Origin: Bradyrhizobium sp.
GTDB taxonomy: Bacteria; Pseudomonadota; Alphaproteobacteria; Rhizobiales; Xanthobacteraceae
Reading direction: 5' to 3'
Length of the DNA stretch: 64,000 nt
NCBI GenBank assembly: GCA_035547995.1
Contig: DASZTN010000178.1
Coordinates: 10,519 to 74,518 of the forward strand
This document shows, in pieces, positions 19,387 through 28,401 of the stretch (the stretch's first letter is position 1; each line of letters begins with the position of its first letter). The translations under genes and the position numbers were made by a program. Under the pieces are notes generated by a model. That model was not told where the DNA came from. It searched no databases and saw nothing but the letters and a program-made list of their open reading frames with translations.

Positions 19387-19401
19387 GACAATCGAGACGA
19401 G

Positions 19402-20952
19402 GTGGATGATATGGCAACCATTCCCTTAACCGGGATCAGCCTGGTCGAGATGACTTTGGAAGGAGCCGCAGCGGCATTTGCCTCCGGTGTGACATCCGAG
19501 GCGCTGACGCAGGCGTTTCTCGGCCGGATCGCAGCCATCAACCCGCGGCTGAACGCGATTATCGTGATGAATCCGGATGCGCTTGCGGATGCGCGCGCCA
19601 TCGACAGGCGGCGTCAGGCCGGAGAAGCTCTTGGTCCGCTGGCGGGCGTTCCGGTTGTCATCAAGGATACGATGGACGTTGCCGGTCTGCCGAGCACCGG
19701 CGGCTGGCGGTTTCTGAGTGCGAAGGCTGGCGGGGTCGATTTGATCCCGGCCACCGATTCACCCGTGGTGGCCCGCATGCGCGCTGCCGGCTGCGTCATT
19801 CTCGGAAAGACCAACGTTCCCGTGCTGAGCGCGACCGGCAGCCACGCCAACGACAGTTGGGCGGGCCCCACACTCAACGCCGAAGCGCCCGACTTGCTGC
19901 CGGGCGGGAGCAGCGCAGGCACCGCGGCTGCCGTGGCTTCGAGCATGGCGGTTCTCGGGTTGGCGGAGGAAACCGGCGGCTCGATTCAGAATCCTGCGTC
20001 GGCGCAAGGACTGGTAGGTATCAAGCCCACGTTTGCGCTGGTACCGAACGCCGGTGTGATTCCGCTCGGCGGCAGCACCCGCGACGTCGTCGGGCCGATC
20101 GCGCGATGCGTGCGTGATGCGGCGCTCACCCTTGATGTGCTGGCGGGCTACACTGCAGAAGACCCCAAGACTGTCGCCGGCATCGGCCGCAGACCGAAGG
20201 GCGGCTATGCCTCGAAGCTGAGCAGGGATGCTTTGAAAGGCAAACGACTCGGCCTCTACGGTCCCGGCTGGCGCGATCGTCCCTTGTCGGCGGAGACCAC
20301 ACGTTTGTACGAGCGCGCCCGGAATGAACTCAAGGCGCGCGGGGCGACGCTGGTGGACGATCCATTCGCCGGCAGCGGGTTTGCCGACATCGGCCAGCCG
20401 GTGAAGGGACTCGACCATTACGACGCACGCGGCATGGAATCCGTGCCTTACGATCTGCACCTCTATCTTCAGCGGCTCGGTCCCAAGGCGGCGATCCGGA
20501 CCTTCGCTGAATTCGCCGTCGTGACAAAGGATGAGGACGCATTCGCGCCAGGCGGCGTATTGCATATGATGCATCAGTTGCCGCAGTTCGCGCCGGTGCT
20601 GGCAGACCCGCTGGCGCCGCCGAACCTTTCGGACTTCCTCGCCGCCCGCGAAGCCTATCTTGCGATTTTCGACGAGGTGATGGCGCGCGAGAAGCTCGAT
20701 GCGCTGGTGTTCCCGCAGATGCGCGATCCGCTTCCACCGCTGCACGGCCCGGAGACCATTCACGAGACCACGGTATGCGAGATCAACATTGCCGGCCTGC
20801 CAGGCGTGACGGTGCCGGCGGGCTTCTACGATTCGGGCGCTCCCTTCAATCTGATCTTCGTCGGACCGATGTGGAGCGAGGTGGATCTGCTGGCGCTGGC
20901 CTTCGACTATGAACAGGCGACGCAGCACCGGGCGTCACGCCAGCGAAGCTAG
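19402..20952 (+). CDS. Amidase-signature family amidase (start GTG 19402 or ATG 19411)
   Basis: VVIKD, GKTN, GGSSAG, ETGGSIQNPAS. Confidence 0.92.
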   Translation: MDDMATIPLTGISLVEMTLEGAAAAFASGVTSEALTQAFLGRIAAINPRLNAIIVMNPDALADARAIDRRRQAGEALGPLAGVPVVIKDTMDVAGLPSTGGWRFLSAKAGGVDLIPATDSPVVARMRAAGCVILGKTNVPVLSATGSHANDSWAGPTLNAEAPDLLPGGSSAGTAAAVASSMAVLGLAEETGGSIQNPASAQGLVGIKPTFALVPNAGVIPLGGSTRDVVGPIARCVRDAALTLDVLAGYTAEDPKTVAGIGRRPKGGYASKLSRDALKGKRLGLYGPGWRDRPLSAETTRLYERARNELKARGATLVDDPFAGSGFADIGQPVKGLDHYDARGMESVPYDLHLYLQRLGPKAAIRTFAEFAVVTKDEDAFAPGGVLHMMHQLPQFAPVLADPLAPPNLSDFLAAREAYLAIFDEVMAREKLDALVFPQMRDPLPPLHGPETIHETTVCEINIAGLPGVTVPAGFYDSGAPFNLIFVGPMWSEVDLLALAFDYEQATQHRASRQRS

Positions 20953-21075
20953 AGCATGATCCAGAAAATTGGAAACCGGTTTTTCTCTCGCGACAAACGC
21001 GGAACGCGTTTGCGCGGAGATCATGCTCAAACAAAGAGATGAGATCATGATCCGATTCCGTTGATCGGATCATGA
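20949..21075. repeat. Rhizobial intergenic palindromic (RIME/REP-like) element
   Basis: GAGCATGATC (20952-20961) ... GATCATGCTC (21019-21028) encloses GGAAACCGGTTTT and a nested hairpin; a second hairpin TCATGATCCGAT-N7-ATCGGATCATGA lies at 21045-21075, between convergent genes. Confidence 0.8.
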
Positions 21076-21130
21076 GTTGGCGAATGACGCCTCCAAATTG
21101 GCTCGCTTCCTTATGTTCAGAAGGTTGCAA

Positions 21131-22354
21131 TCACGGCGCGATGACCATCCGCCACAGGATTTCGGTCAGCACCTTGTAGCCCCTCTCGAGCGCCTCGGGT
21201 GAGGTGTATTCACGCGGATTGTGGCTGATTCCGTCGCGGCTCGGCACAAAAAACAACGAGGAGGGAAGCCGCTTCTGGATCGCAAGCGCGTCGTGGCCTG
21301 CGACTGTCTGGAGCGTGAGAACCTTCATGCCAAGTTCCTGGGCCGTGTTCCGAACGATGTCGACGCCTGCAGCGTCGAGCCATGCGGTGCCGCGCTGTTC
21401 GTCAGTGATGATGGATGCGGTCACGCCGAGCGGCGCGATGTCTCTCTCCATCCGCGCCAAAAAGCGATTGCTGATCGCGAGCGCAACATCCTCGATCTCG
21501 TGTCGTACCTCGAACCACACGCGGACGCGTGAGGCAACCACGTTAGGCGAGTTGGGGTAGATCGTCAGTTTCGCCGCCGCCGCATGGATCCCGGCATTCG
21601 CCTGTTCGACCTCTTGGTGAAGTGTCTCGATCGCGCGCGCAGCGGCGCGCATGGCATCCCTGCGTCGTGCCATCGGCGTCGGTCCGGTATGGGACGGTTC
21701 TCCCTCGAACATGATGGAGAGTTTGCGGGTCGTCCATGCGCCGGAAATCGCTGCGATGTCCGCACCCGCCTGCTCAAGCCGATCGCCCTGTTCGACGTGG
21801 AGCTCGACGTAGCGCACGGGATTGAGTTCGAGCGGCGTCGTTCCCTTGTAGCCGATCGTCTCCAGCGCATCACCCAGCCTTATTCCCTCGACGTCGGCCA
21901 GCGCATAGGCGTCCTCCAGAGAATAGACCCCTGCGAATACCGAGCTGCCGGTCAGGCTGGGTTGGAAGCGCGCGCCTTCTTCGTTGGTCCAGTTGACCAC
22001 CGCGAGATTGCGCCGCGCCCGGCCCGGATCGGCCGATGCACGATCGAGCACGGCCTTTGTGGCAAGCAGGCCGGCAAGAACGCCGTAGGGGCCGTCATAG
22101 CGTCCACCCGTTGGCTGGGTATCGAGATGCGAGCCTACCAACACCGTATCCATTGAATTGGGCGCGATCCGCGCGATTCCGAACATGTTGCCGATGGCAT
22201 CTACGCGAGGCTTAAGGCCTCGTGCGGCGATCTCTTTGGCGAACAGATCGCGCCCGGCTTTGTCGAGCGCCGTAGCGGTCAGCCGGCAGACGCCGCCATC
22301 CCCGGTATCTCCGATGTGCGCGAACTCGGCGATCAGGTCGTCCAGCTCTTTCAT
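21131..22354 (-). CDS. M20 Zn-dependent amidohydrolase (N-carbamoyl-L-amino-acid / allantoate hydrolase family)
   Basis: GSHLDTQPTGGRYDG, WTNEEGARF, ELHVEQG, AGHDA, SHNPRE. Confidence 0.93.
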   Translation of the reverse strand: MKELDDLIAEFAHIGDTGDGGVCRLTATALDKAGRDLFAKEIAARGLKPRVDAIGNMFGIARIAPNSMDTVLVGSHLDTQPTGGRYDGPYGVLAGLLATKAVLDRASADPGRARRNLAVVNWTNEEGARFQPSLTGSSVFAGVYSLEDAYALADVEGIRLGDALETIGYKGTTPLELNPVRYVELHVEQGDRLEQAGADIAAISGAWTTRKLSIMFEGEPSHTGPTPMARRRDAMRAAARAIETLHQEVEQANAGIHAAAAKLTIYPNSPNVVASRVRVWFEVRHEIEDVALAISNRFLARMERDIAPLGVTASIITDEQRGTAWLDAAGVDIVRNTAQELGMKVLTLQTVAGHDALAIQKRLPSSLFFVPSRDGISHNPREYTSPEALERGYKVLTEILWRMVIAP

Positions 22355-22464
22355 CCGATCTCGTCCCGTCAGCAGGTCTTCGCGCCAGCCTGGCGCCGTC
22401 CGCTACGGGTGTAGCCGCCTCTGCGGGCTGCGCGAAGGTTTGCCGCCGCCGCGGTAAAGGAAAA

Positions 22465-22547
22465 GTGGAGGAGGGGGCATCCTCCTGCAACCGGATTGCG
22501 CCGATAGTCGCGGCGGCGGGCAAGGGAGCTCGGGCCCTGTTTTGGAG
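22465..22547 (+). promoter_or_regulatory. Second copy of the motif at 4428-4515
   Basis: GTGGAGGAGGGGGCATCCTCCTGCA ... GCAAGGGAGCTCG ... TGGAG in the divergent hydrolase/kinase intergenic region. Confidence 0.4.
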
Positions 22548-22614
22548 GGCGGACGAACGGCGACGGTGATCCTGTATCGTAGACACCGGTCCGCCGCAGG
22601 ACAGCGAATACGGC

Positions 22615-23574
22615 ATGAGCATTAAGAGGCGGTTGGGCGAAGGCGTTACGACCCACGAGCGCAATCTGGAGCGGGCGACGGCCCGCATTCCAGGCTGGGA
22701 AGGACGATCGATCAGCTATACCGCGCTGGTCGGTGGCCTGCTGAACCAGAACTGGCTGGTGGAGGTAGAGGGCCATCCGCGCCGTTATTTCGTCAAGGTG
22801 CCGGGCGAGGGCTCGGATAATTTCATCGATCGGATCACGGCCAATCAGGCCGCGCGCAACGCGCATGCGATCGGCGTCGGTCCGGAGGTGTTTCATTTCG
22901 ATCCGGCCGACGGCCTGGAAGTAAGCGAGTTTCTCGAAGGGTACCGGACCTGCACGACGTCGGATTTCTTCAATCCCGCCATTCGCAACGCGGTTCTCGA
23001 TATCTATCGCGGACTTCACGCGAGCCCGGCCTTGAGATTGACGAAAACCATGCTCGATATGATCGACGAGCATATTGAACAGGGGCGAGCGAACGATGCG
23101 GAGTATCCACCTGAAATGTTCTGGCTGGAACGACGCTACAACGATGCCAAAAAAGCCTTTCTCGCTTCGGGGCTCGATCTGGTCGTCTGCTTCAACGACC
23201 CGATGCCCGGCAATTTCCTGGTCAAGGAGGATGACGACGGAAAGCTGCTGTCGCTGAAGATGATCGATTACGAGTTCGCATCCAACAACGAGCGGACCTA
23301 CGAGCTGAGCGCGCTATCGGCCGAAATGTTCTACGAGGAAGACACGACGATGGGTCTGGTGGAGCACTATTTCGGCTCGGCGCGCCGGGACATGTTTGCG
23401 CGGGTGATTGTCAACCGCGCGCTGGCGGATTTCAAATGGGCGTGCTGGGCGGTGCTGAACCGCAGGCTCAGCGGCTGGGATTTCGACTACCAGAAATATG
23501 GCATCTGGAAATATATGCGGGCACGCGATCTGATGGGTGACCCTCGCTGGGAGAGTTGGCTTCGGATGATCTGA
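22615..23574 (+). CDS. Choline/ethanolamine-kinase-family phosphotransferase (kinase B2, paralog of 5483-6442)
   Basis: Same length as B1 (960 nt) with shared blocks RRYFVKVPGEGS, FNDPMPGNFL, IDYEFASNNER, DPRWESWLR. Confidence 0.9.
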   Translation: MSIKRRLGEGVTTHERNLERATARIPGWEGRSISYTALVGGLLNQNWLVEVEGHPRRYFVKVPGEGSDNFIDRITANQAARNAHAIGVGPEVFHFDPADGLEVSEFLEGYRTCTTSDFFNPAIRNAVLDIYRGLHASPALRLTKTMLDMIDEHIEQGRANDAEYPPEMFWLERRYNDAKKAFLASGLDLVVCFNDPMPGNFLVKEDDDGKLLSLKMIDYEFASNNERTYELSALSAEMFYEEDTTMGLVEHYFGSARRDMFARVIVNRALADFKWACWAVLNRRLSGWDFDYQKYGIWKYMRARDLMGDPRWESWLRMI

Positions 23575-23791
23575 GCGCGAGCGTAAGCTCGTTTCGGTTC
23601 GATTGGCCGACGTTCTTCCCAGCCTTGAAGCAGTACCGATGATGTACGGTGCGAAGCAGGACATGCAGCCGAAGCGCCGCGCTTATCGGGCGGCAAGCAA
23701 CGAAAGGGTGCTCGCTGCCGGTCAGTTCGGCATGTACGAACGATTGATCGCGAGGCCGACAACGACCGTACATGAGGCGCGGCAGTAGGTC

Positions 23792-24247
23792 TCAGCCGGC
23801 GCGTTCGATGAGGTTCTCCAACAGGCGCTTGAGATCCTCGGTGGCGCGGTTGCCGTAGTTTTCGGCGATGTGGGTTTCTTGGCTCTGCGCGAGCAGGTTG
23901 AGGCGTTGCGCCAGCGCCTTGCCACGGTCCGAGCAGTACATCAGGACCTTGCGACGATCATCAGGATCCTGCAGGCGATAGACCAGAGAGTTCGAGACCA
24001 TGCGGTCGATCATCTTGGTCAATGTCGGATGGTTGAGCAGCACGGCCTCGGCCAGTTCGCCCATGGAATGACCCTTTCCATCGGATAGCACCTTGAGGAT
24101 GCGCCACTGCTCGACCGGCACGCCTTCCTGACTTAGTCGGACCTCGAGCTGGCGATTGATCTCGCGGCTCGCCTGCGCGAGCAGATAGGCGAGATGCTCG
24201 GTGATGGGGGCGTTCTTCTCTTGGGACTTGGCTTGCGACTTGGCCAC
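23792..24247 (-). CDS. MarR-family transcriptional regulator
   Basis: EQWRIL...MGELAE...PTLTKMIDRM...DPDDRRK winged helix. Confidence 0.93.
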   Translation of the reverse strand: MAKSQAKSQEKNAPITEHLAYLLAQASREINRQLEVRLSQEGVPVEQWRILKVLSDGKGHSMGELAEAVLLNHPTLTKMIDRMVSNSLVYRLQDPDDRRKVLMYCSDRGKALAQRLNLLAQSQETHIAENYGNRATEDLKRLLENLIERAG

Positions 24248-24383
24248 GGATTAAGACTTCTGATCGATGAAATGTCAGCAGGGATTCCACGTAAGCAATG
24301 CCTTGTCGGGAATGCATTGCCTGGATGCGAAGATCATGGACGAATCTTCGGCACAAATGCCCGATCTATATGCAATGGAATTG

Positions 24384-24395
24384 TTGAATATTCAA
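24384..24395. promoter_or_regulatory. Putative MarR operator
   Basis: Perfect palindrome TTGAATATTCAA in the AT-rich divergent intergenic region. Confidence 0.55.
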
Positions 24396-24474
24396 TATCT
24401 TATAGAGTAGATTCTGTGCAGGTCTTGCGGTTGCGCGACGTGAAGGCGGCGTCAAGAGCGCTAGCAGGGATGGG

Positions 24475-25668
24475 ATGGAGGCGGGCGTGGGTACGTTCGT
24501 GCAGGAAACGAAGGCCGCAGAGTTGCCTTTCCCGCCATCAATGCTGTTCGACGCTGGCCGGACCTCTTCATTCTCCGTGTTCAATGGCACCGATCCCCCG
24601 CCACCTGCAGGGCGGCGCGATCGCAGCAAGCTGCGCATCGTCAGTTTCATTGCGCTCTCCGGCTCTGCCGGCATTTGGGGGCCTGCGGCAATCAATGCAA
24701 GTATTCTGGCTATCTCGGAGATCAATCGCCGGGGAGGCATTTTCGGACGCGCGCTTGAACTGGTGGTGCGCGATGCCGGCGGTGACCTCGACGAGGTCGC
24801 GCAGCAAGCCGTAACCATCGTCGACAACGACGAGGGCGATATCGTTATCGGCTCTCATATCAGCGCCGTGCGCGTGGCGCTGCGCAAGGTGATCGCCGGC
24901 CGGCTGCCCTATATCTACACTCCGGTTTACGAGGGGGGCGAACGCACCCCGGGGGTGATGGCGATCGGCGAAACGCCGCGCGGACAATCGCGCCCGGCGA
25001 TCCAGTGGCTCGCTGAGCACAAGCGCGCCAAACGCTGGTATCTGATCGGCAGCGATTACGTCTGGCCCTGGCTTTCCCATCGCGCGGTCAGGCGTTACAT
25101 CGCAGCTTCCGGCGGCCGCGTGGTTGGCGAGGAGTTCGTTCCGCTCGGCATGCATGATCACGAAGAGCACATCGCGCGCATCAAGGCGGCTCGGCCCGAC
25201 GCGGTGCTGATCTCGTTGATTGGCACCAACAGCATTACCTTCAACCGTGCTTTCGCTGAAGCCGGCCTGGCCGGCAAGATGCTACGCTTTTGTGGTGCCA
25301 TGGACGAGACCGTGTTGCTCGGGATCGGAGCCGATAACACGGAAAATCTGTACTGTTCTTCGGGCTACTTTGCGAATTTCGCTTCAGACGATGGCGATAG
25401 ATTTCGCGCCAGCTATCAGGCCGAATTCGGTCGTCATGCCCCACCGGTCGGCTCGGTCGCACAATCCAACTACGAAGGGCTGAAGTTTCTCGAAGCAGTG
25501 GCGGGGCGTGCAGGCTCCGTCGAACCGCAGCTGTTGCTGCCGGCGGCGAAGAATATCAGCTACCGCGGTGGGCGCGGCGAAATTGTCATGCGAGACGGCA
25601 GTGCGACGATGCCGATTTATCTCGCGGAAGCTTCGGGCCTCGACTTCAACCTGCTCGAGCGGTTCTGA
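24475..25668 (+). CDS. AmiC-like amide-binding sensor (periplasmic-binding-protein fold, no evident signal peptide; start uncertain)
   Basis: GSHISAVR, YTPVYEGGE, IGSDYVWP; no hydrophobic leader. Confidence 0.85.
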   Translation: MEAGVGTFVQETKAAELPFPPSMLFDAGRTSSFSVFNGTDPPPPAGRRDRSKLRIVSFIALSGSAGIWGPAAINASILAISEINRRGGIFGRALELVVRDAGGDLDEVAQQAVTIVDNDEGDIVIGSHISAVRVALRKVIAGRLPYIYTPVYEGGERTPGVMAIGETPRGQSRPAIQWLAEHKRAKRWYLIGSDYVWPWLSHRAVRRYIAASGGRVVGEEFVPLGMHDHEEHIARIKAARPDAVLISLIGTNSITFNRAFAEAGLAGKMLRFCGAMDETVLLGIGADNTENLYCSSGYFANFASDDGDRFRASYQAEFGRHAPPVGSVAQSNYEGLKFLEAVAGRAGSVEPQLLLPAAKNISYRGGRGEIVMRDGSATMPIYLAEASGLDFNLLERF

Positions 25669-25706
25669 AAGCTCCGCCAACATCAGGCCGCGATAGGTCG
25701 AAATAA

Positions 25707-25739
25707 TACTTGAAAAAGAAAATATTTCATTTTCTAGTA
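25707..25739. promoter_or_regulatory. AT-rich quasi-palindrome upstream of the amidase (putative operator)
   Basis: TACTTGAAAAAGAAAATATTTCATTTTCTAGTA, near-dyad symmetric. Confidence 0.55.
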
Positions 25740-25839
25740 GATTTTCCGCCTGAGGCGTCGAGCCGTGTCTCCCCGACCATCCAACCTGCCGACGGCTATG
25801 CCGGATCATTGTGAAGCAAGAGATCAAGGAGAAACGTCC

Positions 25840-27354
25840 GTGACCGTCACGCTCCCCACACCCAACGAATTACGTGCCGTTGCTGCTCAGTGCGGCTTAT
25901 CCCTGACCGATGAGGATGTCACGTCGTTCCGTGGCCTGATGCAGGGGTCGATCGAAGCCTACAACATAGTGGGCGCAATGCCCGACGAGGTGCCGCCGGT
26001 GAAATACCCGCGCACGCCGGGCTATCAGCCGTCGCCGGAAGAAAATCCACGCAACGCCTGGTATCGCAAGTCGGTCGTGAAAGGCGCCGACAGCGGCAAG
26101 CTGAAGGGCAAGACGGTCGCGTTGAAGGACAATATCATGCTCGCCGGCGTACCGATGATGAACGGTTCGTCGACCATGGAGGGTTACATACCTGATTTCG
26201 ACGCCACGATCGTTACGCGCATGCTCGATGCCGGCGCGGAGATCAAGGGCAAGGTTCACTGTGAGCACTTCTGCCTTTCCGGCGGTAGTCACACCAACTC
26301 GACGGGCGCAGTGCACAACCCCCATAAGATGGGTTATTCGGCCGGCGGTTCGTCGTCGGGAAGCGGCGTGGTGGTCGCGCTCGGTGAAGTCGACATGGCG
26401 ATCGGCGGAGATCAGGGTGGTTCGATCCGCATGCCGTCGTCGTTTTGCGGCGTTTACGGCATGAAACCGACCTGGGGCCTCGTGCCGTATACCGGCATCA
26501 TGCCGATCGAGATTTTTGTCGATCACACCGGTCCGATGACCGCGAATGTCGCAGACAATGCTCTCCTGCTTGAAGTGCTTGCCGGTGATGACGGTTACGA
26601 TCCGCGCATCAAAGCTCCTAAAGTACAGGAATACACCAAGGCGCTCGGCCAAGGTGTCAAGGGCATGAAGATCGGCATTGTCAAGGAAGGTTTCATGCAG
26701 CCGGTCGCTGAAGCGGCCGTCAGCGAGAGCGTGAAATCTGCGGCGAAGCGGTTCGCCAGCCTTGGCGCTGCGGTCGAGGAGATCTCGATCCCGATGCATC
26801 TCGTCGCGCCGGCCATATGGGTTCCCATCGGAACCGAAGGGCTCACCGCAACCATGATGTTCGGCGACGGCTATGGGCTGAGCCGCTCGGATCTCTACGC
26901 CACCTCGATGATGGACTTCCACCGCGGCTGGCGGCGTCAGGCGGATTCGCTGTCGGAGACCACCAAGCTGTTCATGATGCTCGGTACCTACGTCAACAAC
27001 AAGTTCGGCCCGCGCTACTACGGCAAGGCCGTCAACATCTCGCGCCGGCTCACCGCCGCCTATGACAGGGCCCTCGGCAATTACGACCTGCTGCTGATGC
27101 CCACAACGCCGATGAAGGCGACCAAATTGCCGGAGCCGACCGCGAGCCGCGAGGATTACGTTGCTCGCGCACTGGAGATGATTTCCAATACCTCGCCTTT
27201 CGACATCACTCACCATCCGGCGATGTCGCTGCCCTGCGGCATGGTCGACGGACTTCCGGTCGGCCTAATGCTGATCGGAAAGCACTTCGACGAAATGAGC
27301 ATCTATCGCGCGGCGCACGCCTTCGAACAGTCGGGCGACTGGAAGGCGATGTAA
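25840..27354 (+). CDS. Amidase-signature amidase, similar to nitrile-hydratase-associated enantioselective amidases
   Basis: RBS AAGGAGA before GTG; VALKDN, GKVHCEHFCLSGGSHT, GGSSSG, GGDQGGSIRMPS. Confidence 0.93.
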   Translation: MTVTLPTPNELRAVAAQCGLSLTDEDVTSFRGLMQGSIEAYNIVGAMPDEVPPVKYPRTPGYQPSPEENPRNAWYRKSVVKGADSGKLKGKTVALKDNIMLAGVPMMNGSSTMEGYIPDFDATIVTRMLDAGAEIKGKVHCEHFCLSGGSHTNSTGAVHNPHKMGYSAGGSSSGSGVVVALGEVDMAIGGDQGGSIRMPSSFCGVYGMKPTWGLVPYTGIMPIEIFVDHTGPMTANVADNALLLEVLAGDDGYDPRIKAPKVQEYTKALGQGVKGMKIGIVKEGFMQPVAEAAVSESVKSAAKRFASLGAAVEEISIPMHLVAPAIWVPIGTEGLTATMMFGDGYGLSRSDLYATSMMDFHRGWRRQADSLSETTKLFMMLGTYVNNKFGPRYYGKAVNISRRLTAAYDRALGNYDLLLMPTTPMKATKLPEPTASREDYVARALEMISNTSPFDITHHPAMSLPCGMVDGLPVGLMLIGKHFDEMSIYRAAHAFEQSGDWKAM

Positions 27355-27505
27355 CTTGGAAGATGATGCAACTTCGGCAGGCGATCGCAACGGGCCTTTT
27401 AATCCGATTGAAATCGCAACAAATGCGGTCGCCCTCCGAACGCACCAGCGTACCAAGCGCTGAAATGTATACGCAGGCGATAGCGGAGAATCCCAGATGT
27501 ACAGG

Positions 27506-28285
27506 CTACCGCCTTGGCACTTCGATTGACGTGTTGAACACCACCAGATCGCCGCGATAGCTCGCGGAGCCGAGATAGAGCACTTCGTCGTTGACGTCGG
27601 TGATCACGCGAGTCATTTCGCCGGTCGGTGCTCCCGGCGGGATGCCCAGCATTTTGGCCGTCGCAAGACTTGCAGATCCAATGCGGAAGGTCTGATTCAT
27701 GCGTTTGAGCGCGGGCCCCGCAAGTTTGCTCAGCAACGGAATGACCATTTCGGCGTCGAAACGCGCCGGATCGCGGTTGTAGAGGTCGGCATCGAGGTAC
27801 ATTTCCATGATGCAGTAGGCCGCCGACCGGCGCCGATGGATACGCCGCATATAGCGGTAGCGAGGCTTGGCTATGCCGAACTGCAGCGCCGACTTCGGCA
27901 GTTCGACATCGTCACGGACCTCGAACAGTTCGGCAACGTTGCCGTCGAGCGTGTGCAGCAGATGACGCCAACTCGATTCCAGATGGATCAGCTCGGATGG
28001 CTGTCGATCGGCAACGAAGCTGCCCTTGCCCTGGATGGTCTTGATCAGTCCTTCATCGGACAAAACGCCAAGGGCCTGGCGGATCGTCACGGGGGCAACG
28101 CCGTAGGTTTTTGCCAACACCGCTATTGTCGGGAGCTGTTCGCCGGCCGCCCAGCGGCCGTTCTCGATGTCTGACGTCAGCAAACGCGCAAGCGTAACGT
28201 AGAGAGGAAGCTGTGACGACTGCAGCCTCTCGCGCTCGCCGAGTGGCTCGCTGGTTGTCGATTCGGTCTCAATCTCGTTTCTCAT
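27506..28285 (-). CDS. GntR-family regulator with UTRA domain (HutC subfamily)
   Basis: QLPTIAVLAKTYGVAPVTIRQAL...QGKGSFV; C-terminal UTRA-like domain ending YRGD. Confidence 0.9.
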   Translation of the reverse strand: MRNEIETESTTSEPLGERERLQSSQLPLYVTLARLLTSDIENGRWAAGEQLPTIAVLAKTYGVAPVTIRQALGVLSDEGLIKTIQGKGSFVADRQPSELIHLESSWRHLLHTLDGNVAELFEVRDDVELPKSALQFGIAKPRYRYMRRIHRRRSAAYCIMEMYLDADLYNRDPARFDAEMVIPLLSKLAGPALKRMNQTFRIGSASLATAKMLGIPPGAPTGEMTRVITDVNDEVLYLGSASYRGDLVVFNTSIEVPRR

Positions 28286-28347
28286 TTTGTCCCATGGCGG
28301 AGTTTGCCCAATGACGCGGCTGCGTCTGCTCATAATATCACCTTGTG

Positions 28348-28363
28348 TGCTGGTTAACCAGCA
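28348..28363. promoter_or_regulatory. Putative GntR operator
   Basis: Perfect 16-bp palindrome TGCTGGTTAACCAGCA between the divergent gntR and SBP genes. Confidence 0.7.
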
Positions 28364-28401
28364 GACTAGTTTACGTTACGAAAAATCGCGAGATATCAGC
28401 C

